A program made the translations under genes and the position numbers. Of a stretch of DNA of 64,000 nt, positions 1 to 9,601 are shown one piece after another (position 1 is the first letter of the stretch; every line of letters begins with the position of its first letter). The notes under the pieces are model-generated. The model saw nothing but the letters and a program-made list of their open reading frames with translations, made no database searches and was not told the DNA's origin. Source of the stretch: an uncultured Alphaproteobacteria bacterium (GTDB lineage: Bacteria; Pseudomonadota; Alphaproteobacteria; Sphingomonadales; Sphingomonadaceae). The DNA lies in NCBI GenBank assembly GCA_963815315.1, contig CAWFFX010000007.1, positions 71,732-135,731 of the forward strand, read 5' to 3'.

Positions 1-1600
1 TGCCTGCCGTGCTCATACCCGAAGTGGTGATGGAGCCCGAGTTGTTGACCGTCGAACCATCCGGACCAAGTATGGCGAAATTGCCGTCACCAGTCGTCAG
101 GATCGAGCCCGCGTTGGAAACGGTCGAGCCGCCAGCATTCAATCGGATCGCTTCGCCGCCCGAAGAGGCGATCACACCGCCTTGAGCGTTGGCGATTGTC
201 GAGGCAAGAGCCACGTCGATCGCACGTCCGCCCGATGCAGCGATCGTGCCGCTGTTGACGACGAGAGCCTCACCCGTGATCGTTACCGCCTGCGCGTCTG
301 CACCGCTGGTTGCGATGATCCCGCTGTTGGTCAGCGTACCGTCACCGGTGATGATCAGACCAAATCCGTTATCGCCCGTGGTCGTGATCGTCGCACCGGT
401 TGCGTTGGTGACGGTGGAGCCATCGCCAACGATAACGCCAACGCCGCTCATACCGGTGGAACGCACCGATCCGCTGTTGTTGACGGTCGATGCGGCGCCC
501 AGCAGGATACCAGCGGTCGACATGCCATCGGTAGTGATCGAACCGGAGTTCGTGACCGTGTTCATATCAACGCCGTTGATGCCGAAATTGCCATCGCCCA
601 GCGCCGTGATCGTGCCAGCATTCGTGACAGTCGAATTAGCCGCATTCAGACGGATCGCATCGCCACCCGAAGAGCCGATGCTGCCACCTGTGTTGTTGGT
701 GATGGTCGAAGCCAGCGCCACGTCGATTGCACGGCCACCAGCAGCAGCGATTGTGCCGCCGTTTACGATGGTCGCCTCACCCGTGATCGTGACCGCCTGC
801 GCAGTTGCACCGCTGGTTGCGATGATCCCGTTGTTGGTCAGCGTACCGTCACCGGTGATGATCAGACCAAATCCGTTATCGCCCGTGGTCGTGATCGTCG
901 CACCGGTTGCGTTGGTGACGGTGGAGCCATCGCCAACGATAACGCCAACGCCGCTCATACCGGTGGAACGCACCGATCCGCTGTTGTTGACGGTCGATGC
1001 GGCGCCCAGCAGGATACCAGCGGTCGACATGCCATCGGTAGTGATCGAACCGGAGTTCGTGACCGTGTTCATATCAACGCCGTTGATGCCGAAATTGCCA
1101 TCGCCCAGCGCCGTGATCGTGCCAGCATTCGTGACAGTCGAATTAGCCGCATTCAGACGGATCGCATCGCCACCCGAAGAGCCGATGCTGCCACCTGTGT
1201 TGTTGGTGATGGTCGAAGCCAGCGCCACGTCGATTGCACGGCCACCAGCAGCAGCAATGGTGCCGCTGTTCACGATGGTTGCCTCACCCGTGATCGTTAC
1301 CGCCTGCGCAGTTGCACCGCCGGTCGCGATGACGCCATCATTTGTCAGCGTGCCATCACCGTTGACGATCAGGCCAAAGCCGTTGTCGCCCGTCGTGGTG
1401 ATCGTGGCACCGGCCGCATTGGTGATGGTGGACCCATCGCCAAGCACGACACCAACGCCGCTCATGCCGGTAGAAAGCACCGAACCGGTGTTCGTGAACA
1501 GCGAATTGTCGCCCATCAGCACGCCAACCGTATTCATGCCCGAAGTGCTGATATCGCCAGCATTGTCGAGGAACGTGTCGTCACCCGCAGTGTAGGCGAA
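1..1600. repeat. Tandem array of ~507-bp (169-codon) units inside the repeat-protein gene
   Basis: The marker string ccacgtcgat recurs at 211, 718 and 1225, a period of 507 bp. Blocks 301-748 and 808-1255 differ at only one base that I can see (cccgCtgttgg versus cccgTtgttgg). Copies at 1-210 and 1225-~1600 are clearly diverged. Confidence 0.9.
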
Positions 1601-3820
1601 CTCTCCATCTGCAGTGGTGGCGATCGCACCGTTGCTGGTGATCGTCACGCCGGGATCGATACCGTCATTCGCGCCCACGATCAGATCGACCGCGCCATTG
1701 ATGGTGCCATCGATGATCGCCGTGTTGACGATGGTGATACCCTGAGCCGATGTGCCGGTCAGAGTCACCACGCCCGTTGCCGGGGTGGTACCGGGAGTGC
1801 CGGCCAGAAGGTCAAACGTTTGCGAGCCGACGCGGATATCTTCGAAATTGGTGATCGGAGCGCTGAGGTCGAAAGTACGATCGGTCTGGTCGGTGACGAT
1901 GAAGGCATAAAGATCGTTGCCAGCGCCGCCATCGACTGCGCCTGTCACTTGCCCATCATTGACCCCAATATAGACGTCGTCGCCGTCGGCAAATGCAATT
2001 GCGGTGCCTCCTGTCCCGGTGATCGAGCCATAGTTGATGACCGTCTTGGCGGTGCCGTCCGCGTCCATCGCGATACCGGTATCACCGCTGATCACGCCGC
2101 CGGTGAGGTTGGTGACACTGGAGTCTATGGTGCCAGTGCCAAAGTTGATCGCGGCATCGCCGCCATCCACTGCGATCGTGCCCGAGTTGAGGATCGAACC
2201 GCTGCTGATGTTGATTGCATTCGCCGCCTGGGCCTGGATCAGGCCGGCATTCTCGATAGTAGCATTGTCGCCGCCCGAAACCGTGTCGCCTGCGCCAGTG
2301 ATCTGACCAGATGCTGCGTTTGTCAGGACAAGATCATCGCCTGCATCAATCGCATTTGCGTTGAGGGAACTAATTTCTCCAGTGTTTTCAACGCTGAGAT
2401 TGTTTGCCGCAACAATGCCGCCATCGCCATTGATTGTGGCGCGAACAATGCCGTTGTTGACCACGCTGATATCGTTGAAGCCGTCCGCATCGATCGCTTC
2501 GTCGGCGTCGCTTTCGATTACGCCATCATTGCGGATCGTTGAGCCGTCTCCGCCAACGCGCAGGCCATCATCGCCCTTCGACGAAATGATGCCGCCGGTG
2601 AAGTTTGTGACTGTGGCCACGCCGTCAATGGCGACTGCCGTGCCAAGCGCCGAGGTGATCCTGCCAGAGTTCTGGAGGTTGCCGTCACCCTGAATGGTAA
2701 CGCCTGTGGAGCCCGCACCGGTTGCCTGAACCAATCCGCCTGCATTAACGAGCGTTCCGGCGCCCGTGATGAGGATGGCATCAGAATTGGCACCGATCGT
2801 GCCGATCTGGCCCGAGGGGTTGTTGTTGATGATCGATCCGTCGTCGGCCAGAATGGCGATTGCGTCGTCACCCTGCGTCGTGATGATGCCGTTGTTCTGA
2901 ACGAATGAGTCTGCGCCGACACTGATAGCGGACATGTTGCTGCCGCCAGTGAAAATGGCACCGCCACCGGTATTGATGACAGTCGCGTTGTCGCCCGCCC
3001 GGATTGCGTTTGAGATATTGCCAGCCGTAACAATAAAACCATTGTTAGTGATAGTGGCGTTGTCACCAGCGTTAATTCCGTCGCTTTCCGCTGCAAAAGT
3101 CTGGATAAGACCATCATTCACAACGACAACATTGTCGCTGTTTGCCAAAGCGATCGCGGAACTTCTGAATCCGGTGGTAAAAATCGACCCAGTGCTCGAA
3201 TTGGTTACAGAATGACCATCGGTCCCGGTCGAAGAAAACACGCCAAAGTCAGCCCCACCACTGGTTCGAATCAGACCATTGTTAACGACCGTACCATCAC
3301 TTCCACGCAGCGAAATACCGTACCCAGGACCACTGGACCCTGCGCCGTTGATCGTTCCGTTATTTGTAACCGTCGATTCCGCCCCAACTCGGATCGCATC
3401 ACCACTTACAGGGCCAACCTGAATAAAGCCGTTGTTAACGACGGTGGCAGCATCTCCCAAGAAAAGCGCTGGCCCAGTCGAGGTAACAATCGAGCCATCG
3501 ACGGTCGCATTAACACCCACAAGAAGGTTGATCTCACCCTGCACCTGCGACCCGGCCTGAACCGTTACGCTGATGCTGTTATTGGGCTGCTGAAAACCAT
3601 CGGGATCAGTTCCCGGCTCGCAGACAATCGTCTGCGGCACGCCATTTTGGAACGCGCACTCTTCGATATTGCCGGGAGCGGTAGGCGCAACCGGGTTGGG
3701 AGCAGCCGATACCGGAGCCGGGGCGGCCTGGGCGCCGGTCACGCCAGCAAAGCCAGCGGTCAGCGCGATTACCGAAGCGCCACCAATGGCGCGAATTTTG
3801 GTCGAAGCGGAAATGGTCAT
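1..3820 (-). CDS. Large secreted beta-helix repeat protein (autotransporter or adhesin passenger-like). This is the N-terminal part; the 3' end runs off the left edge of the window.
   Basis: The reverse complement of 3818-3820 is ATG, with GAGG a few nt upstream. My own minus-strand translation starts MTISASTKIRAIGGASVIALTAGFAGVTGAQA, which looks like a Sec signal. It then continues without a stop to position 1 as G/T/N/I/V-rich 'TVxNxGxI'-type repeats typical of parallel beta-helix passengers. It is missing from the ORF track only because no stop lies in the window. The listed + strand ORFs at 182..2542 and 189..1595 are antisense to it. Confidence 0.75.
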   Translation of the reverse strand, partial: MTISASTKIRAIGGASVIALTAGFAGVTGAQAAPAPVSAAPNPVAPTAPGNIEECAFQNGVPQTIVCEPGTDPDGFQQPNNSISVTVQAGSQVQGEINLLVGVNATVDGSIVTSTGPALFLGDAATVVNNGFIQVGPVSGDAIRVGAESTVTNNGTINGAGSSGPGYGISLRGSDGTVVNNGLIRTSGGADFGVFSSTGTDGHSVTNSSTGSIFTTGFRSSAIALANSDNVVVVNDGLIQTFAAESDGINAGDNATITNNGFIVTAGNISNAIRAGDNATVINTGGGAIFTGGSNMSAISVGADSFVQNNGIITTQGDDAIAILADDGSIINNNPSGQIGTIGANSDAILITGAGTLVNAGGLVQATGAGSTGVTIQGDGNLQNSGRITSALGTAVAIDGVATVTNFTGGIISSKGDDGLRVGGDGSTIRNDGVIESDADEAIDADGFNDISVVNNGIVRATINGDGGIVAANNLSVENTGEISSLNANAIDAGDDLVLTNAASGQITGAGDTVSGGDNATIENAGLIQAQAANAINISSGSILNSGTIAVDGGDAAINFGTGTIDSSVTNLTGGVISGDTGIAMDADGTAKTVINYGSITGTGGTAIAFADGDDVYIGVNDGQVTGAVDGGAGNDLYAFIVTDQTDRTFDLSAPITNFEDIRVGSQTFDLLAGTPGTTPATGVVTLTGTSAQGITIVNTAIIDGTINGAVDLIVGANDGIDPGVTITSNGAIATTADGEFAYTAGDDTFLDNAGDISTSGMNTVGVLMGDNSLFTNTGSVLSTGMSGVGVVLGDGSTITNAAGATITTTGDNGFGLIVNGDGTLTNDGVIATGGATAQAVTITGEATIVNSGTIAAAGGRAIDVALASTITNNTGGSIGSSGGDAIRLNAANSTVTNAGTITALGDGNFGINGVDMNTVTNSGSITTDGMSTAGILLGAASTVNNSGSVRSTGMSGVGVIVGDGSTVTNATGATITTTGDNGFGLIITGDGTLTNNGIIATSGATAQAVTITGEATIVNGGTIAAAGGRAIDVALASTITNNTGGSIGSSGGDAIRLNAANSTVTNAGTITALGDGNFGINGVDMNTVTNSGSITTDGMSTAGILLGAASTVNNSGSVRSTGMSGVGVIVGDGSTVTNATGATITTTGDNGFGLIITGDGTLTNSGIIATSGADAQAVTITGEALVVNSGTIAASGGRAIDVALASTIANAQGGVIASSGGEAIRLNAGGSTVSNAGSILTTGDGNFAILGPDGSTVNNSGSITTSGMSTAG

Positions 3821-3931
3821 GAATTGCCTCTCAAAAGCCGTTTAAAGGGCCATGCAAAATGTAACTTTATATCACAGAGAGACAGTTTGGCGCGATTCAT
3901 TGCGCAAGCACCCCCCTGGATGTAGCGCGAT

Positions 3932-3955
3932 ATCCATACACTATGACGTATGGAT
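3932..3955. promoter_or_regulatory. Perfect inverted repeat ATCCATAC-N8-GTATGGAT in an AT-rich intergenic region. It could be an operator for the repeat-protein gene or a queF terminator stem.
   Basis: Read directly from the sequence. It lies between the queF stop (4039) and the repeat-protein start (3820), in a stretch visibly more AT-rich than the surroundings. Confidence 0.3.
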
Positions 3956-4038
3956 TAAAAGCCCAACAATACAAAAATACGCAGGTTTAGTGTTGCAGTA
4001 GTGCTACATAGGTTCTTGATTACCAAATGGTAAAGCAG

Positions 4039-4539
4039 TTAACCTCGGCCTCTGTAGGGTTGCACCCCCTGATCCGGTAACCACAGGTCCGCAGGGGGGG
4101 CGCCGCTTTGCCAGAATACGTCAATCGGTATCCCCCCACGCGGATACCAGTATCCGCCAATTCTCAACCATTTCGGTTGCATCTCTTCGAATAGTCGCTG
4201 GCCAATGCCAACAGTCACATCTTCGTGAAAGCCGTTGTGATTGCGAAAACTGCCCAAAAACAGTTTCAGGCTCTTTGATTCAACGATTGTCTCGCCCGGC
4301 GCATAGTCAATCACCAGATGAGCAAAGTCGGGCTGATCAGTTACCGGGCATAGCGAAGTAAACTCCGGCGCGACAAACCGCACCATAAACAGCGCCCCGG
4401 CACGCGGGTTGGGTACATAGTCCAGCACCGCCTGTTCGGGCGATTGGGGCAGCGGGGTATCCTTGCCCAGAAAAGCAGGTTTGCGGGTGCCGGTTTCGGG
4501 GTCGCGATCCGGGGATGAGGCAGACGGTGTGGTTTCCAT
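4039..4539 (-). CDS. queF: NADPH-dependent 7-cyano-7-deazaguanine reductase (QueF, short unimodular type)
   Basis: The translation contains [13 protein letters not shown]...[22 protein letters not shown], which matches the QueF motif and catalytic Cys region. I prefer the ATG at 4539 (METTPSAS...) over the longer track ORF start at 4620. Confidence 0.85.
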   Translation of the reverse strand: METTPSASSPDRDPETGTRKPAFLGKDTPLPQSPEQAVLDYVPNPRAGALFMVRFVAPEFTSLCPVTDQPDFAHLVIDYAPGETIVESKSLKLFLGSFRNHNGFHEDVTVGIGQRLFEEMQPKWLRIGGYWYPRGGIPIDVFWQSGAPPADLWLPDQGVQPYRGRG

Positions 4540-4802
4540 GACGCGCTGTTGCCGCGAAAGCGTGTTTTTCGCAAGCAGGCAGGTGCGCGCCGGTCGCACG
4601 TTGACTATGTTGCGTTGCAAGGATGGTGTTCAGGCTCGATGCCTGCGGTTCGACACACGTTCATCCAGCCGCCGCCAATTACACCCGGCCATCGCCCGAG
4701 CTGAAACCGTTAGAAAAGCAGATGCTAAACCGCCCTATGTCATCGCACCCGATGTTGATTGCCCATTATCGCCCGGAATCTTTCGATAGGGCAGGCGATG
4801 CC

Positions 4803-6281
4803 ATGCGCGCAGGAAGCGGGCAATGGCGCGCGGGCAGCAGGCACGCTTGTGGCAAAGCCGCCGCGATTGCTGCGTGCGCGCTGGCGTTTGCGGGCGTTCC
4901 CGTATCGGTTGCGGCGCAAAGCAATCCTTCTGACTTTTCCCTTCCAACTCCTTCGCCATCGGCCACTCCCGCAGTGCAAGGTCCGGCAGACGAGCGCGCC
5001 GGGGTGCCCATCGCCCCGCGTGTGATTCAGCCAGAGCGCAGGGTTACCGTGCCCAACCCCACGCCAACACCTCGCCCGACCTCCACACCCACTCCGGCGC
5101 CAATCCAAACGCCCGCGCGGACGCAGACCACCACGCCAGCGCCCTCCCCGTCCGCAACGTCGCGCGCGCCAGCAGCCACCCCTGCTGCGACCACCGCCGC
5201 GACGCGCACTCCACCCCGAGATACAGCCGCAACCGACAGAATCGACCCAGCGAACGCAGCATCGAGCGCGCCGGGCATTTCGAGCGAATTGCCTTTGCCG
5301 GACGAAACAGTCGCCGACGGCGGCAGCGGTTTCCTCGTTGGCGAAGGTGAGTGGGTAGACGATGCGCCCGGTCCATCCATTGATCTAGGACCGCCCATAA
5401 CCGCACCCGGCGCAATGGAGACGGACCCCATCCTCGATCCGGCATCGACATCCCTCTGGATGTGGGCCGCGCTTATACTTGGCTTGCTCGCGCTTGGTTT
5501 CGTGGGCTGGCGCATCTGGATGGCCAGGCGATCGGCGATACCGCAGATCGAAAGCAATCTGGCATCAGACCTGCGTCGCCACATGATGGGCCAAATGAAC
5601 GGCCAAATGGACGGGCGCCAAGAGGAAAACGCGCACAGGGAGCGTGGGCCGCAGCCGCAGGCGACACCCGCGCCAGAGCATACGCGTTCACCAATGCCGG
5701 AAGCACACGCGCAATCCAATCCGGCACCCGCCGAGCCCGCACCTGCCAAGCCCTCTACTCAAGCTCCGCTCGAACTCGAACTTGCCGACGAAATGCCCCG
5801 GCTCCATATCTCGCTCGCGATCACAAGCGCCACGCGAAGCGTCATGATGTTCACCATCATGTACCGCGTGACGCTGGCCAACCGATCGGACAAGGCAGTG
5901 CGCGACATCACATTGTCGGCCAAACTTGCAAGCGCGCAGAAAGGCATCTCCAACGGGGCTTCGCTGGCCGCTGCACTGCCCATCGGCACTATCGACCGGA
6001 TCGGCCCTCAACAAAGCCATACGATTACCGCGACCATGCAATTGCCGATGGTGGAGGTGCGCGCGATACGGCAGGGTTCCACGCCCGTGTTCATCCCGCT
6101 GCTGCACATCACGATCGAAGGCGCGGGTCAGCGAGCGACCTCGGCCAGCTTTGTTATCGGCACTCCGAGCGAGGCAAGCCAGTTGCGACTGCATCCTATT
6201 GCGCTGGACACGCCGCCGGGCAGCATCCGCGGGTTGCGCGCGAACGAAATTCGAGCGCCGTTGGTTGGCGAGAACGCCTGA
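4803..6281 (+). CDS. Hypothetical bitopic protein. Order of parts: signal peptide, Pro/Thr-rich segment, TM helix, Pro/Gln-rich segment, C-terminal globular domain.
   Basis: The ATG at 4803 gives MRAGSGQWRAGSRHACGKAAAIAACALAFAGVPVSVAAQ, which is signal-like. The TM helix is LWMWAALILGLLALGFVGWRIW. I did not recognise a family. The track ORF start at 4623 is less likely. Confidence 0.6.
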   Translation: MRAGSGQWRAGSRHACGKAAAIAACALAFAGVPVSVAAQSNPSDFSLPTPSPSATPAVQGPADERAGVPIAPRVIQPERRVTVPNPTPTPRPTSTPTPAPIQTPARTQTTTPAPSPSATSRAPAATPAATTAATRTPPRDTAATDRIDPANAASSAPGISSELPLPDETVADGGSGFLVGEGEWVDDAPGPSIDLGPPITAPGAMETDPILDPASTSLWMWAALILGLLALGFVGWRIWMARRSAIPQIESNLASDLRRHMMGQMNGQMDGRQEENAHRERGPQPQATPAPEHTRSPMPEAHAQSNPAPAEPAPAKPSTQAPLELELADEMPRLHISLAITSATRSVMMFTIMYRVTLANRSDKAVRDITLSAKLASAQKGISNGASLAAALPIGTIDRIGPQQSHTITATMQLPMVEVRAIRQGSTPVFIPLLHITIEGAGQRATSASFVIGTPSEASQLRLHPIALDTPPGSIRGLRANEIRAPLVGENA

Positions 6282-6330
6282 CTTCGCCTTTACGCCCATC
6301 GAAATCCCGCATCATCGCCTGACAGGTCAT

Positions 6331-6348
6331 GGCAAGCCTTGGCTTGCC
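6331..6348 (+). terminator. 18-bp perfect palindrome GGCAAGCCTTGGCTTGCC downstream of the hypothetical gene. Possible terminator hairpin, but it has no U-tract.
   Basis: Seen in the sequence 50 nt after the stop at 6281. There is no T-run after it, so this is weak. Confidence 0.3.
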
Positions 6349-6373
6349 GCGGCAGCGCGGCTAGTCCTGCGGA

Positions 6374-7255
6374 ATGACCGAAACCTTCCCTGCACTTGTC
6401 ACGACCGATTGGCTTGACGCACACCTTGGCCACGGCGCTGATGACGACATCTTCATCCTGGACGCGACGAAGCATCTGCCAAACGCGGGACGCGATGCCA
6501 AAGCGGAGTTTGCCGAGGGGCACATTCCCGGTGCTCGCTTTCTTGACCTTGCCAGCCTCACCGACCGTACATCCCCGGTTCCCGATGCGCTTCCTACTGC
6601 GGCACAGGTTGCGCAGAGGCTGGCCGATCTGGGCGTGAGCGCCAGCGACCGGATCGTGCTGTATGATGACAGCGCAGTAAAAACGAGCGCGCGGGCGTGG
6701 TTCACCCTGACCGCTCATGGTATCGAGAAGGTCGCGATCCTTGATGGCGGTCTGGACAAATGGCGCAGCGAAGGCCGCCCGCTTGAACCAGGCGGAGCGC
6801 CTGTCGATCCTGCACCGCCCGCAAGCCTCCAAGATGCCAAAGGCGTGCGGTTCAAGGCGGATATGATCGCCAATCTGGATACAGGTGCGCAGCAGGTGCT
6901 CGACGCGCGCAGTGCAGATCGGGTGTACGGCACTGGCATCGATCCGGTGCATGGCGGGCAAAACGGCCGGATTCCCGGCGCGCTGAACCTGCCGTTTGGC
7001 GCGCTGTATACCGAGGACGGCACCTTCAAATCTCCCGATGCCCTGCGCGCAGCCTTCCTCGGGGCGGGTGTCGATCTGGATCGCCCGGTCATCACCACCT
7101 GCGGCAGCGGTGTCACCGCATCGGTTTTGCTGTTCGCCCTGCATTTGATCGGAAAGCGCGACACTGCGCTGTATGATGGAAGCTGGGCGGAATGGAGTGC
7201 GGATCCCACCACTTTGAAAGTCCAGGGGCCTGTGGGAGAGAGTGCCGCCTCATGA
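6374..7255 (+). CDS. sseA: 3-mercaptopyruvate or thiosulfate sulfurtransferase (tandem rhodanese domains)
   Basis: Two rhodanese-like halves with the active-site loop TTCGSGVTA, which matches the CG[ST]GVT pattern of the MST type. Confidence 0.85.
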   Translation: MTETFPALVTTDWLDAHLGHGADDDIFILDATKHLPNAGRDAKAEFAEGHIPGARFLDLASLTDRTSPVPDALPTAAQVAQRLADLGVSASDRIVLYDDSAVKTSARAWFTLTAHGIEKVAILDGGLDKWRSEGRPLEPGGAPVDPAPPASLQDAKGVRFKADMIANLDTGAQQVLDARSADRVYGTGIDPVHGGQNGRIPGALNLPFGALYTEDGTFKSPDALRAAFLGAGVDLDRPVITTCGSGVTASVLLFALHLIGKRDTALYDGSWAEWSADPTTLKVQGPVGESAAS

Positions 7256-8457
7256 GCAAGGATGATCGCACGCTCGATCCCGCAACCCGTATCGCTCATG
7301 CTGGCCGGCGACCCGAATGGACCGGACGTGTCGTCAATCCGCCGGTCTGGCGAGCATCCACTCACCTTTATGACACCGAGGCGCAGCGCAAGGCCGCGAC
7401 CGGGGCCGACCGCGACGGCGAATTCTTCTATGGTCGCCGCGGCGCCCCGACGCAGTGGGCGCTGGCCGATGCGCTGACACAGCTGGAGCCGGGCGCGGCG
7501 GGCACGGTTCTGTATCCAAGCGGCGTCGCCGCGATTGCGGGCGCGCTGCTGGCGGTGCTGAAACCGGGCGATACATTGTTGATGAGCGACAATGCCTACG
7601 ATCCTTCGCGCAGCATGGCGACCGGGCTGCTGGCGCGGCTGGGTATCGACCACGCTTTTTTCGACCCGCTCGACATTCCCGCGTTCGAGGCGAAGGTCGC
7701 GCAGCACTCTCCCCGCGCGGTGTGGCTGGAAAGCCCCGGCAGCCTGACGATGGAGGTGTGCGATGTGCCCGCCCTCACCGCGATTGCGCGCGCGGCGGGC
7801 GCGGTCAGCCTGATCGACAATACCTGGGCCAGCGCGCTCGGCTTTGGGGCGCTGGAAACGGGTGGCTGCGACATCGCTATGATGAGCCTGTCCAAGCATG
7901 TCGGCGGGCATTCCGACCTGATGATGGGATCGGCGAGCGCGGGTGAACACTGGTACAAGCGCCTGCGCCGCACTGCGCAGGATCTGGGTCATGTCGTCTC
8001 CCCCGATGACGCGGCGCTGGCGGCGCGCGGGCTGCGCACGATGGGCCTGCGGCTGGAACGCGGCACGGCGAGCGCGCTAGAAATCGCGCGCTGGCTGTCG
8101 GATCAGCCGCAGGTCGCGCGTGTGATGTGCCCGATGCTGCCCGAAGATCCGGGCCATGCGTTGTGGATCCGCGACTTTACCGGCGGCTGCGGTCTGTTCA
8201 GCTTTGTTCTCGATACCCACGATACAGCCGCTTCGGGCAAGGTCGTCGATGCACTGGAGTTGTTCGGCATCGGATACAGCTGGGGCGGGTTTGAAAGCCT
8301 CGCTCTGCCGATCTATCCGCACACACACCGCAACGCGATGGCATCGCCGACGCAGGATAAAGGTGACACAAGGCCCGCCATTCGCCTATCTATCGGCTTG
8401 GAACACCCCGGAGACCTGATCGCGGACCTCGCACAGGCACTGGCCAGACTGGATTGA
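7252..8457 (+). CDS. metC: Cystathionine beta-lyase (PLP-dependent Cys/Met metabolism family)
   Basis: Contains SLSKHVGGHSD, a PLP-lysine motif, and the overall MetC-like sequence MSKDDRTLDPATRIAHAGRRPEW. The ATG at 7252 overlaps the sseA stop as ATGA. Confidence 0.85.
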   Translation: MSKDDRTLDPATRIAHAGRRPEWTGRVVNPPVWRASTHLYDTEAQRKAATGADRDGEFFYGRRGAPTQWALADALTQLEPGAAGTVLYPSGVAAIAGALLAVLKPGDTLLMSDNAYDPSRSMATGLLARLGIDHAFFDPLDIPAFEAKVAQHSPRAVWLESPGSLTMEVCDVPALTAIARAAGAVSLIDNTWASALGFGALETGGCDIAMMSLSKHVGGHSDLMMGSASAGEHWYKRLRRTAQDLGHVVSPDDAALAARGLRTMGLRLERGTASALEIARWLSDQPQVARVMCPMLPEDPGHALWIRDFTGGCGLFSFVLDTHDTAASGKVVDALELFGIGYSWGGFESLALPIYPHTHRNAMASPTQDKGDTRPAIRLSIGLEHPGDLIADLAQALARLD

Positions 8458-8458
8458 T

Positions 8459-9601
8459 GTGAGCTTACCCGGCGCGCCCGCCTCTGCAACTGCCACTGCA
8501 ACGCCTGCCCCGGACCCGGCGGCAAGCGACGCAGCGCCTACCCCTCAATCCCTGCAACCGGGCGTCGAAACGGTTCCCTCACCCACTCCCACGCCTTCGC
8601 CATCCCCCACCGAACCCGTAGAGGTGGTCGGTGGATCGGGTGATCTGGTGAACGATGTTTCGGAGAAGAACGAAACCGCCGGCGCATTCCTGGGCTACCT
8701 CGATAATCTCGCCATCGAGACAAGCCAGTTCCGGTTCTCTGTCCTGGATGCGGTGTTTGTCGTTGCGGTCATTCTGCTGGTGCTGAGCGCCGCGTGGCTC
8801 GTCAGCCGGGCCAGCCGCTCCGCCATCTCGCGGGTCAACCGGTTCGACGATGCACAAAAACTGCTCGCGGAAAAACTCACCACCATCCTGATCTGGGGCG
8901 CGGCGTTCTTTGTCGGCATCGATATGCTCGGCATCGACCTGACTGCGCTCGCGTTTTTCGGCGGCGCTTTCGGGCTTGCCATCGGTTTCGGCCTGCAAAA
9001 GACATTCGGCAACCTGATCGCCGGGATCATCCTGCTGATGGACAAGTCGATCAAGCCGGGCGACGTGATCGCGGTGGCGGATATGGCGGGCAACGAAACG
9101 TTCGGCCAAATCCGCAAGATCGGCATTCGCGCGGTATCGGTCACCACCCGCGATCAGCGCGAATATCTCATCCCGAATGAAAACCTGATGATCAACCAGG
9201 TGGAAAACTGGTCCTATTCATCGCGGCAGGTGCGGATGCAGATTTATGTCGGGGTGAGCTACAACGCAGACATGAAGCTTGCCGAGGAATTGATGCTGAA
9301 GGCGGCCAAATCAGCCAAGCGGGTGCTGACCACGCCCCCGCCCATTGTGTGGATGACTGAATACGGCGACAGTTCGGTCAATTTCGCGATCCATTGCTGG
9401 ATCGTCGATCCCGAAGAAGGCGTCGGCAATGTCCGCAGCGACGTGCTGAAAAACCTGTGGTGGTTGTTCAAGGAGAACGACATCGAAATTCCCTTCCCGC
9501 AACGCGACATCAATCTGCGCGACAATGACCAGATGCAGGCGTTGATCGAGGCCATCGGTGGCAGCGCCAAAGCCGGTGGCAGCGCCGGAGGGGGCTCGTG
9601 A
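8459..9601 (+). CDS. Mechanosensitive ion channel, MscS family (paralogue 1)
   Basis: Contains the TM3 and beta-domain signature GGAFGLAIGFGLQKTFGNLIAGIILLMDKSIKPGDVI...IPNENLMINQVENWS. GTG start. The N-terminus is Pro/Ala-rich. Confidence 0.8.
   Translation: MSLPGAPASATATATPAPDPAASDAAPTPQSLQPGVETVPSPTPTPSPSPTEPVEVVGGSGDLVNDVSEKNETAGAFLGYLDNLAIETSQFRFSVLDAVFVVAVILLVLSAAWLVSRASRSAISRVNRFDDAQKLLAEKLTTILIWGAAFFVGIDMLGIDLTALAFFGGAFGLAIGFGLQKTFGNLIAGIILLMDKSIKPGDVIAVADMAGNETFGQIRKIGIRAVSVTTRDQREYLIPNENLMINQVENWSYSSRQVRMQIYVGVSYNADMKLAEELMLKAAKSAKRVLTTPPPIVWMTEYGDSSVNFAIHCWIVDPEEGVGNVRSDVLKNLWWLFKENDIEIPFPQRDINLRDNDQMQALIEAIGGSAKAGGSAGGGS

Noticed and set aside
1-1600. Could the tandem repeat be a CRISPR array or a mobile-element terminal repeat?
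   Set aside because: - The units are 507 bp, directly abutting with no spacers.
- They keep the minus-strand reading frame, at 169 codons each.
- They are intragenic protein repeats.
182-2542. Long plus-strand ORFs in the track (182..2542 at 786 aa, 189..1595 at 468 aa, and others up to 3925).
   Set aside because: - Their translations are Arg/Asp/Cys/Thr-rich nonsense such as DRRTGCVGDGG.
- They run antisense to the convincing signal-peptide-led beta-helix frame on the minus strand.
- Open antisense frames are expected in GC-rich repetitive DNA.
4540-4802. preQ1 riboswitch in the queF leader.
   Set aside because: - I could not find a preQ1-type conserved core.
- There is only a short GCGAAA/TTTCGC stem.
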